Positions 21,798 through 30,707 of a stretch of 64,000 nt of DNA are shown in pieces (the stretch's first letter is position 1; the number at the start of each line of letters is the position of its first letter). The position numbers and the translations under genes were made by a program. The notes under the pieces were generated by a model. That model was not told the DNA's origin, searched no databases, and saw only the letters and a list, made by a program, of their open reading frames with translations. The stretch comes from Pirellulales bacterium (GTDB lineage: Bacteria > Planctomycetota > Planctomycetia > Pirellulales > PALSA-1355): positions 32,001 through 96,000 of the forward strand of contig CAVTBU010000009.1 of assembly GCA_963733035.1 (NCBI GenBank), read 5' to 3'.

Positions 21798-22805
21798 TCA
21801 TGTCCGTACGTCGACGGACTTGCCCGAAGTGATCGACTCGACGGCCGTCGCGGCGAGCTGGAGACTGGCAAGGCCGTCCTGGCCGGTCACCGGTGATTGT
21901 CGACCGACGGCTACGTTTTCGACAAAAGCTCGGACGTGTGCCATAATTGAATCGGTAATCGCATTTTCTCCTGCGACGCTCGGCTCGGTCGAGATGCAAC
22001 ACTCTGGCTCGTTGCCGCTGAGTGTGACGCAGCGCGAGGCGTCTTCGACAATGATCGTGCCCTTGGTACCATGTAGTGTCAGCCATTCGGCAGTTCGCGA
22101 TTGATGGTCGCGATAGGCCGCTACGATTGTGCCACACGCTCCTGACTTCATCTCAAGCGACAAAGTGACGCGGCGTAATAGCCCGTGACCAATCTCATCG
22201 GCGTGCGCGTGCATGCGCCACAATTCTCCGCCGTACCATCGCGCAAGGTCTAAATGGTGCGTCAGAAGCGTGCCAAATATTACGTACGGTTCACGAGCCA
22301 CCTTGGGCGGCGGCGTGCGATCTGTGACGCGGAACAAGAAGTATTCGAGTTCGCCGATTTGTCGCTCACGTAGCATCTCGTGCGCGCTGCGGTAACCATC
22401 TGCGAAACGGCGGTTGTAATCCACCGCCAGAAATACACCCCGCCGGGTGGCGGCGGCAAGCATTTGTTCCGCATCACTCACGCTTGTGGCCAGTGGCTTT
22501 TCGCAGAACACGTGGCAATCCGCCTCAATGGCTGCGCACACAGGCTGAAGATGCAAATGGTCGGGCGTAGCGACCGTCACTGCGTTGGGGCGTAAATCGG
22601 CCAACAGGTCGTCTATCGTGTGGTAGGCTGGCACGTCGAAACGCTGGCGTGCTTTGTCCCGCCTCGCGGCGTCCACTTCGCAAATGCCGATCAGCTCGGC
22701 GGCGGGCGAATCAACGATCGCCTGAGCGTGCAGCGCTCCGACGGGGCCACAGCCTACGACAGCGATTTGCAAGCGCGCACATCGTTCGAGCGGTAGCGTG
22801 GTCAT
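21798..22805 (-). CDS. Gfo/Idh/MocA-family oxidoreductase
   Basis: IAVVGCGPVG, VATPDHLH, HVFCEKP, YNRRF. Confidence 0.92.
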   Translation of the reverse strand: MTTLPLERCARLQIAVVGCGPVGALHAQAIVDSPAAELIGICEVDAARRDKARQRFDVPAYHTIDDLLADLRPNAVTVATPDHLHLQPVCAAIEADCHVFCEKPLATSVSDAEQMLAAATRRGVFLAVDYNRRFADGYRSAHEMLRERQIGELEYFLFRVTDRTPPPKVAREPYVIFGTLLTHHLDLARWYGGELWRMHAHADEIGHGLLRRVTLSLEMKSGACGTIVAAYRDHQSRTAEWLTLHGTKGTIIVEDASRCVTLSGNEPECCISTEPSVAGENAITDSIMAHVRAFVENVAVGRQSPVTGQDGLASLQLAATAVESITSGKSVDVRT

Positions 22806-22808
22806 TGT

Positions 22809-23570
22809 TCACGCTTCAGGATGCTTTGCCGGGGCTCGCGTCCGCAAGTCGGCCAACAAGCTGGTGCCGGCGCTCACGAACAGATCGGCTTCAGATTTAA
22901 AAGTGATGCAGTCGAAACCAGCGGCGATCTTGGCTTCGGCATCGTTCATCGAATAGGTGTTACAGCACGCGAGTTTGCCGTGAGAATGACTGGCCGCCAG
23001 CGTGCGGGCGATTGCCGCAAGGTGTTCGGGATCTGCCTCATAGCCGGTGCGCGGCAGTCCCATTGACAGCGCCAGATCCGTCGGGCCGATGAAGCAGCCA
23101 TCCACGCCGGGAACAGCCATGATCTGTTCAACTTGATTGACCGCGTCGATATGTTCAATTTGCACCAACAACAGCGTTTCCTGGTTGGCGCGTTCGTAAT
23201 AGTCGTCGCCATAGTGCCAGGTCACGTCGGATCCAACCGAGCGGCAACCTAATGGTGGGTACTTCGCGGCCTGTGCCATTGCCTGGGCCGCATCAAGACT
23301 ATTGACCATTGGTACGACAACCCCCAGGGCCCCCAGGTCGAGCGCCCGCTGAACTTCGCTGGGTACGTCAACACTCGTTCGCAGCAAGGGCCGCGCACCT
23401 GCGGCATGCAAAGTGTGCATGCATTCGTAGGCTGACTCGGTATTTGGACTTCCGTGTTGCATGTCCAAGATCACCCAGTCCCAACCCATAAGGCCGAGGA
23501 GCCGGGAGATCATCGGCAGCGGAAACTGTTGCCAGATGCCGAGAATCAGAGACTTGGGGTGTCGTGCCAT
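22809..23570 (-). CDS. HpcH/HpaI class II aldolase
   Basis: DWVILDMQHG, ALDLGALGVVVP, KYPPLGCR, VQIE, FIGPTDL. Confidence 0.92.
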   Translation of the reverse strand: MARHPKSLILGIWQQFPLPMISRLLGLMGWDWVILDMQHGSPNTESAYECMHTLHAAGARPLLRTSVDVPSEVQRALDLGALGVVVPMVNSLDAAQAMAQAAKYPPLGCRSVGSDVTWHYGDDYYERANQETLLLVQIEHIDAVNQVEQIMAVPGVDGCFIGPTDLALSMGLPRTGYEADPEHLAAIARTLAASHSHGKLACCNTYSMNDAEAKIAAGFDCITFKSEADLFVSAGTSLLADLRTRAPAKHPEA

Positions 23571-23634
23571 AACGATAAGTACCGATTAGCGTCTGCTGCG
23601 AGGAGTTGTTGAGGGGTCGACAAAGGCTTGATCG

Positions 23635-25701
23635 TCAGATCGTTTCCAAAGCGAATACGGCTAGCGTCGCAAGCCTCCCGGCCGTAAAAGTGATGATGCC
23701 ATCACGTTCTTGGCATTTGATTTCCTGAAGGTCCGGCAGTCTGACCACTCGGCGCAAGGCTTCGCGACGCGGCCGCACGCGGATTGTGATCCCGTCGACC
23801 GGTATGTTCGGCAGCACCTGCTGGAAGTTCACTAGACTCAAAAGGTAGCGATGCCGATCGGGCTGATGGAACACCGTCATTTCGACAGACGCCGGTGCGA
23901 CGGCTTCGAAACGGAACTCGCTGGCAAGCATCCGCACCAAAGCGATGAAAGTGTCGCGCATTCCATCGACGTTCTCTAACAGGCTGCTCGCGTAAATGCT
24001 TCGTCCCTGGCCAACACGATTCAGCACGATTTCCGGTCGGTCTGTCGACTGCCAGGGGGGATTGCTGTGGATCGACGAGAACTTTGTCTTATCGGGTGCC
24101 GGCCAGGGAAGCGTCGTGGTGGCCAGAACGACGGCACCCATGCGGGCTTTTACTTCCATCCCCATTCCCTCAACAAAAGGCGGATACTTGGCAGACAACT
24201 CGCCGAAGAATTCCGCGCCCTCGCTGGTTGGCGTAACGTAATGTTGCCAGGAGGTCCAATCAGGTTTGACGATGCTGGCACCCAGCACGTCGGCGAGCAT
24301 AAAATCCTCTTGCAGATGCCCCTCCGTGTCGACCAATGAGGTGCCGCCGGTAGCCAATACGGCGCCGCCTCCCTTGACCCACGTACGAATCGCCGCGACC
24401 TCCTGCTTGTCCATCATGTTGACGTTCGAAAGAATCAGCAGCTTGACATCGTGCAATTTTGCTAGCGATTCACGGGTGATCACACGAAAGGGCAAATGCG
24501 CCGAAATCAGCCGACGGGCAACTTGCATCGAACTTGCAGTATGGGCATCTGTCAGATCAGGCTGGCCGACCGGTCGGCCATTGCTTGCGAAATCGAACTT
24601 CGATTCCAAACTGTAATAGATCGCTACGTCGGCGACACGCTCGCCGCCCAGTTCGCCGTAATACGGCATCAATCGGTCGAAGACGTTTCCCATTCGCTCG
24701 TACACGAGTGGATTGAGCGTGCCGATTGGGTCGATGCCGTCGATGAACACAAACGCCGCGGCGTCGGCAATTGCGGCGCTTGCCTTGGCTTCCAGGAGCG
24801 CCTCGGACTTTTTGCCAGTGTGATCGCGTAGCTCTGTCGAAAAACTCGTCTCGTATCCGAACGGTCGCTTGGGTGTAAGATTCTCGAGGAGCTTCCGCAC
24901 GAAGGACCCCTGCAGCGAATCGCCATAAAAATCGCCCTGCAGGAAATCGTTCTGCGGCACCAGCGGCGCGCCCACACCAAACTGCCAGTTGAGTGGATAT
25001 GTCGACGACTGGTGTTCAACGGTGGCGCACGGCTTGTGCTTGCGTACGGTTGCGGTAGCCACTGCGGCAAACTCCGCCAACCAGGTTTCACGCCGCCTGG
25101 CGAAGGCCACCCAGCGTGGATCGAGCCAGTCGATTTTGCGAGGAATCTCACCGCCGACTTCGTCGGCGAAACGTTGCTGGCAATATTTGCAGAAACAAAG
25201 CGAGGGCCAGAAGGTCATGTCAAACCGCATGCCCTCAAACTCGAAATTGTCGCAAATCTCCGATGCGAACGCACGCACATATTCGCGGTAGGGCGAGTTG
25301 GGACAAACCAGACCGTGTCGACTTCCTTCGCCTTGAAACTTTCCGTTTTCAGTGATCATTCGCCAATCGGAATGGTGGTCGGCGGCCCAGCGGTCGAAGA
25401 TCAGGCTGCTATAGATCACCACGGCGATGTCGTGAGAATGGCAACGATCGATCACCTCGCCCAAGAGGTTCCGGCCGTTCAGCCCTCGATGCTGCTGCCC
25501 GACCTTGGTTGGATAGTTAAACAGCCCGACGTGTGAGTGACCATAGCACACGACGGATTGAGCCCGCGACTTAACTAGCATCTCGACGTACTTGTCCGCG
25601 TCAAATTGGGAAAGAAAATGCTCATCCCAATCTGGAATGTGCATGTCGATCACCGCGCGGCGATAGGCCGTTTCGAACCAGTTTGCGTCGTCAAACAACA
25701 T
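23635..25701 (-). CDS. GHL6-type glycoside hydrolase (GH151/GH42-related architecture) with a trimerization-like domain
   Basis: IDMHIPDW..FDADKYVEML, SHVGLFNYPTKVG, CPNSPYR, EGMRFDM, CFCKYC zinc-site-like motif, LLILSNV..VKGGGAVLAT. Confidence 0.8.
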   Translation of the reverse strand: MLFDDANWFETAYRRAVIDMHIPDWDEHFLSQFDADKYVEMLVKSRAQSVVCYGHSHVGLFNYPTKVGQQHRGLNGRNLLGEVIDRCHSHDIAVVIYSSLIFDRWAADHHSDWRMITENGKFQGEGSRHGLVCPNSPYREYVRAFASEICDNFEFEGMRFDMTFWPSLCFCKYCQQRFADEVGGEIPRKIDWLDPRWVAFARRRETWLAEFAAVATATVRKHKPCATVEHQSSTYPLNWQFGVGAPLVPQNDFLQGDFYGDSLQGSFVRKLLENLTPKRPFGYETSFSTELRDHTGKKSEALLEAKASAAIADAAAFVFIDGIDPIGTLNPLVYERMGNVFDRLMPYYGELGGERVADVAIYYSLESKFDFASNGRPVGQPDLTDAHTASSMQVARRLISAHLPFRVITRESLAKLHDVKLLILSNVNMMDKQEVAAIRTWVKGGGAVLATGGTSLVDTEGHLQEDFMLADVLGASIVKPDWTSWQHYVTPTSEGAEFFGELSAKYPPFVEGMGMEVKARMGAVVLATTTLPWPAPDKTKFSSIHSNPPWQSTDRPEIVLNRVGQGRSIYASSLLENVDGMRDTFIALVRMLASEFRFEAVAPASVEMTVFHQPDRHRYLLSLVNFQQVLPNIPVDGITIRVRPRREALRRVVRLPDLQEIKCQERDGIITFTAGRLATLAVFALETI

Positions 25702-25951
25702 CAGGTGCCCTTCGAAGCGATGTGCGCTAAGGAGAGTCTAGGCTTCCAGACAGCAAAACAAAAGCCTGCGGCCCGGTCACGGCCACTTCACGGTCATGTC
25801 GACTCTACATTTTTCCGCCGTTTCGGTTGGCGCTCAGAATTCGCTCATGATTTACCCCAACGGCTCGCGGGAAGAGAGCCACGACCGACTGTGCGTACGG
25901 TTTGACCAAAGCAATTCTTTCGTAGATACATTTATCAGAATGTATGGGCAA

Positions 25952-27421
25952 TCATGCGACGATCTCACAAATGACATGACCTTCCACATTTGTCAGGCGG
26001 CGTCGAATACCATTGTGCTCGAAAGTCAGGTCTTCATGGTCGAGGCCAAGCAGGTGCAGAATCGTGGCGTTGAGATCGTAGAGCGGGTGGATGTCCTCGA
26101 CGGCCTTCAGACCAAGCGCGTCTGTAACGCCGTGACTGACGCCAGGTTTAACACCCGCGCCTGTTAACCAACATGTAAAGCCGTCAGGATTGTGGTCGCG
26201 CCCCTGGGCTCCTTTCTGAAACATGGGCATTCGGCCGAATTCGGTGCACCAAACGACGAGAGTGTCTTCGAGAAGGCCTCGCTGCTTTAGGTCCTGAATC
26301 AGCGCGGCTGCGGGCTGATCGAACATCGCGGCATGCTTGTCGTATTGCTCCTTGAGTTTGTTGTGTCCGTCCCAGTTCAGCTCTCCGCCACTGGCGTAGG
26401 CCCCGTTAAAAAGCTGAACGAACCGCACTCCGCGTTCCGTCAGGCGCCGGGCCAGGATGCAATTGCGTGCGAAAGCGGCCTTGGTCGGATTGGACTCGTC
26501 ATCCGCGCCATAAAGTTTGAGAATATGTGCTGGCTCGGTTGAGAGGTCGCTGATTTCAGGAACGCTGAGTTGCATCCGAGCGGCGAGCTCGTAGCTGGCA
26601 ATGCGCGCCGCCAGCTTCTCGTCGCCGTGATGCTGCTCAAGGTGACGCCGGTTCATTCTTTGCAACAGTGCGCGCGTGGCACGGTCGGCGGCGGGTTGGC
26701 GCCTTGGCGGCGCAAGATTGCGCACGGATTCTTTTGAACTGAAAACAGTCCCTTGGAACGCGGCCGGAAGGAATCCGGGACCCCAGTTATTTGAACCGTT
26801 TTGTGGAACTCCCCGGGGATCGGGAATCGCGACGTATGCCGGAAGGTTTTGATTCTCGCTACCTAAGGCGTACGTCAGCCATGCACCGAGGCTGGGAAAT
26901 CCGTCTAGTGCAAATCCGGTGGAAAGGAAGTTCTCGGCAGGACCATGCGTGTTCGATTTGCTGGTCAGTGAATGAATAAAAGCAATGTCGTCCGTCAGTT
27001 CTGCGAGGTGCGGCAGCATGTCGGAGACCATCTTGCCGGTCTCACCACGCGGACGGAATTCGTACTGCGGGCGCGCCAGATTTCCGGCCGGGCCCTGAAA
27101 CGTCACAGAGGGCCCCCCCGGCAGGGGCTGCCCGTCACGTTTGATAAGTTCCGGCTTGTAGTCCCAGGTTTCCAACTGGCTCACGGCTCCGGCGCAAAAG
27201 ATCACCACGACATTCTTGGCCCTTGCCGGCACGTGGGGGGGCCGCGGTGCATACGGATGGGCGAGGTCGATGAAAGGTGGCTGCGCGGCAAGCAGACCAT
27301 CGCCTGATAACAAAGTCGCGATGGCAATCGATCCGAGTCCCATGGCCGCATCGCCGAGGAATTGGCGACGATTCAACCAACTGCGGCCGATGGCGGAAAC
27401 ATTTTCTGCGAGACGATCCAC
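25952..27421 (-). CDS. DUF1501-domain protein (Tat signal)
   Basis: [56 protein letters not shown]. Confidence 0.94.
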   Translation of the reverse strand: MDRLAENVSAIGRSWLNRRQFLGDAAMGLGSIAIATLLSGDGLLAAQPPFIDLAHPYAPRPPHVPARAKNVVVIFCAGAVSQLETWDYKPELIKRDGQPLPGGPSVTFQGPAGNLARPQYEFRPRGETGKMVSDMLPHLAELTDDIAFIHSLTSKSNTHGPAENFLSTGFALDGFPSLGAWLTYALGSENQNLPAYVAIPDPRGVPQNGSNNWGPGFLPAAFQGTVFSSKESVRNLAPPRRQPAADRATRALLQRMNRRHLEQHHGDEKLAARIASYELAARMQLSVPEISDLSTEPAHILKLYGADDESNPTKAAFARNCILARRLTERGVRFVQLFNGAYASGGELNWDGHNKLKEQYDKHAAMFDQPAAALIQDLKQRGLLEDTLVVWCTEFGRMPMFQKGAQGRDHNPDGFTCWLTGAGVKPGVSHGVTDALGLKAVEDIHPLYDLNATILHLLGLDHEDLTFEHNGIRRRLTNVEGHVICEIVA

Positions 27422-27429
27422 GGACTAAC

Positions 27430-30210
27430 TCATGGCAAAAAGAGGAATTCATTGCAGTTAAACAAGGCACGACCGAGGGCTGCCACTCCGTACTTCGCCG
27501 CAACCGCCTCAGCGTCGGCCGCTTCCGCCGAGCTTGGATCGCGCGCGAACGCAAGCCGGTACGCACGACGGACCTGTCTCGCAATATCGTCACCGGCTTC
27601 CGCTTTCACCCGAGTTGCAAAGGCGTCGGCCTGTTCGAAAGTAAAGCGGCTATTGAACAGATTCAGCGCCTGGATCGGTGTGGTCGATTCTCGGCGCCGA
27701 GCCGTGCTTTGGCCGGCATCGGGACAATCAAAGGCGCCAAACACGGCATCCCGTTCACGACGCACTTTGTGCGCGTAGATCATCCGACGCAGCCCATCGC
27801 CAGAAAATGACTCAACCGGCTTGAATCCACTGAGTCCGCCGCGTTTGTCGAACAGATCGTACCCGGGCCCTCCCATTTTCAAACTGAGTCTGCCACTCAC
27901 CACGAGGATCGAGTCGCGAATCGACTCGGCTTCGAGACGTCGCGATGGGAACTTCCACAAGAAGCGGACATCTGCGTCTTTGGCCGCGACAATTTCGCTA
28001 GGTTCCGAAGATTGGCGATACGTGGCTGACAGCACAATTAGGCGGTGCATGCGCTTGACCGAGAAACCTGACCGAATAAACTCCGTTGTCAACCAATCGA
28101 GCAGCTCCGGGTGCGAGGGCGCGGCTCCTGTCCGCCCGAAGTCGCTCGCCGTTTCCACCAACCCGATGCCGAAGTGACCTTGCCAAATGCGGTTTACCAT
28201 CACGCGGGCCGTGAGTGGATTGTGAGGACTCGCAATCCACTCGGAGAGTGTTACGCGCCGTTGCTGGTCCGGCGCATCGACGGGCAACGTTGTTGACCCA
28301 AGTGCCTCGAGCACGGCGGGAGCAACTCTGTCTTTCGGTTGTTCCGGGTCGCCGCGAGCCAGTAGATGAATGTCGTCTGGTGCACGGAAGTTTCCGACAA
28401 ATGCAGTTTGCCCGACTTCACCGCCCAACACCTGCTCGGTCAATGTCCGCTTCTGCGCGAGCAGGCGATATGTGGTCTTTGCATCCTCAGCACTCAGGCC
28501 AGCTGTCGAGAAGGGAATCGGCGCAGTTTCCTCCTGGTCGTACGGCAATCTATCCGACGCATCTGCAACTAGTTTCCACTCGCCAGAGTCATCTGCCACT
28601 TCGATGCGATAGTCGATTGCGAGTCGGTCATCAAATTCCCCATTGCGATCACGTCCCCAGGCCACACGCTCAAGCAATTGCTCCTCGGCGAACTCCAATT
28701 CCACCCATCCCTTGCCTTTCTCGTTAGACATCCAGCTGCGCGCGTTACCGTACTGTCCGTCGTGGATATGATGCAACTCGTGTCGATTGGCTACAACCGT
28801 GTCTCCCGATGATTTGACCGTGGTTCCGGCACTGGATAGCGCGACGTTTTGTCCCGTTGGACCAAACACTTCGAGCTCATCGAGGCACGGCTCCAGACGA
28901 TTCGTGGCGGTTATCGAGAAGCGAAGTCTTTTTGCCTTTACCGGGGCAAAGCGATCTGTATTGAAACGTGCATTGACCGCCACCCGCTCCGCACCAGAAT
29001 GTGCCAAGGGCGCCAAGCGGGCAAGTTGTTGATTGATCTCTCCCAATTTGACTTTGAGGCGTGACATTTCGGCGCGCAGTCGCTCCGCTTCGGGGGTATG
29101 CAGTTCCCGCTCCGCATACTCAACACCGGCCACAAGGGCCTGCATCGAGTAATAGGCCCTCTGTGAAATGGGATCGAACTTGTGGTCGTGACAGCGTGCA
29201 CACCCCACACTCAAGCCAAGAAACGTCTGTGAAATGTTGACCACAATCTCATCCAGCGCATCTTGTCGTGCCAACCGCATCGATGGGGCGTCTTTACCGA
29301 TCTGCCCGGGAAGCAGCACTGATGCCGTGACCAGAAAACCCGTGGCCGCATCTTCTCCGAGCAAATCGCCGACAATCTGCTCTCGAATGAAACTGTCATA
29401 CGGTTTGTCAGTGTTGAACGCCTCGATCACATAGTCTCGATATGGCCACGCGTTCGGACGTTCAGTGTTCACTTCGAAGCCATGTGTGTCGGCATAGCGA
29501 ACGACGTCGAGCCAATGTTGGCCCCAGCGCTCCCCATAGCGAGGCGAGTTGAGCAGGCCATTCAGGACGTGCTCGTAAGCGTCGACTTTCTCGTCCTTGA
29601 CAAAGGCCTCGACTTGCTCCGGCGCGGGCGGCAAGCCAAGGAGATCAAACGACGCGCGTCTCAACCAGGTCGCTCGGTTCGAGGGCGGCGCAGGCTCCAG
29701 ACCCTCTGCCTCGAGTCGGGCGAGGATAAATCGGTCGATGGCATTCCTCGGCCATGCCGGGTTCTTGACGGTCGGCAACGCCGGACTTGTGACGGGCTTG
29801 AACGACCAGTGGTCGCGTTTGTCGACCAGCGATGCCAAGTCGACGCCTTCGGGCCAGTCGGCCCCTTCATCGACCCACTTTGCCAGCGTGGATATCTCGG
29901 CAGCGGTTAAGCGATCGCCCTCCGGTGGCATCCGCAGCTCTGCGTCTTCGTTGCTTACAAATTGAATTAATGGGCTAGCAATCGATTTGCCAACGACGAT
30001 GCTCGGACCAAAGATTTCACCCCCTTTAAATGCCTCGGACTTGATATCCAATCGCAAGCCGCTCTTCTGCTGTTCTCCCGCGTGGCATGGATAGCAATGC
30101 CTCTGTAGGATTGGCCGAATGTCGCGGACGTAGTCGATGGCTGTCGCCGTGCCTCTGCCCGCGGGAACAAAGGCGAGAGCAAAAACAACCGTGACGACTA
30201 ATCGCGTCAT
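27430..30210 (-). CDS. PSD1/PSCyt protein with an inserted discoidin/F5-8-like domain
   Basis: CYPCH, CARCH, YGERWGQHWLD. The insert NVALSSAG..IHDGQYGNARSW..WVELEF..YRIEV resembles a galactose-binding-like fold. Ends NEFLFLP. Start placed at ATG 30210. Confidence 0.92.
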   Translation of the reverse strand: MTRLVVTVVFALAFVPAGRGTATAIDYVRDIRPILQRHCYPCHAGEQQKSGLRLDIKSEAFKGGEIFGPSIVVGKSIASPLIQFVSNEDAELRMPPEGDRLTAAEISTLAKWVDEGADWPEGVDLASLVDKRDHWSFKPVTSPALPTVKNPAWPRNAIDRFILARLEAEGLEPAPPSNRATWLRRASFDLLGLPPAPEQVEAFVKDEKVDAYEHVLNGLLNSPRYGERWGQHWLDVVRYADTHGFEVNTERPNAWPYRDYVIEAFNTDKPYDSFIREQIVGDLLGEDAATGFLVTASVLLPGQIGKDAPSMRLARQDALDEIVVNISQTFLGLSVGCARCHDHKFDPISQRAYYSMQALVAGVEYAERELHTPEAERLRAEMSRLKVKLGEINQQLARLAPLAHSGAERVAVNARFNTDRFAPVKAKRLRFSITATNRLEPCLDELEVFGPTGQNVALSSAGTTVKSSGDTVVANRHELHHIHDGQYGNARSWMSNEKGKGWVELEFAEEQLLERVAWGRDRNGEFDDRLAIDYRIEVADDSGEWKLVADASDRLPYDQEETAPIPFSTAGLSAEDAKTTYRLLAQKRTLTEQVLGGEVGQTAFVGNFRAPDDIHLLARGDPEQPKDRVAPAVLEALGSTTLPVDAPDQQRRVTLSEWIASPHNPLTARVMVNRIWQGHFGIGLVETASDFGRTGAAPSHPELLDWLTTEFIRSGFSVKRMHRLIVLSATYRQSSEPSEIVAAKDADVRFLWKFPSRRLEAESIRDSILVVSGRLSLKMGGPGYDLFDKRGGLSGFKPVESFSGDGLRRMIYAHKVRRERDAVFGAFDCPDAGQSTARRRESTTPIQALNLFNSRFTFEQADAFATRVKAEAGDDIARQVRRAYRLAFARDPSSAEAADAEAVAAKYGVAALGRALFNCNEFLFLP

Positions 30211-30707
30211 CCGCACGGTACCATGCTCCGTATTGTGTTGCCGTTTGACATCGCTTACCTCCGAAGGCGGACAGACTTTCAACGCCCTTTTTCTGATGCT
30301 GGCAATCAATGCGGCGCCTCCCGCAATCAAAAGGCGACCAATCACGACCAATCTGGCGAATCCCGCCGAGGGAGGTGTAAGGACGTCCGAGTTCCCAATC
30401 GACGTGCAAGGCATGGCGAGGATAGGGATAACGACTGGCGGGAAAGATTCTTACTTGCGGTAACCACGATCATACCAGAAATGGCAGGTCACCCCAAACA
30501 GGCAAGCGATTCGCAAGACTCTTGCTCACACTTTGACGAGAAACATCGCTGCACTGAGGTGATGGCCGTTGTGATCGAACCTGAGGCCATTCCGGATCGC
30601 CGTCGAGTCGACGACGCACACTAGGCGTGCGTGATATGTTTGGCAGCGGATTGCCAATTACGCGACATCCCCATGCGACGATTGTCGATCGTGCCTTCCC
30701 CGGCGGA

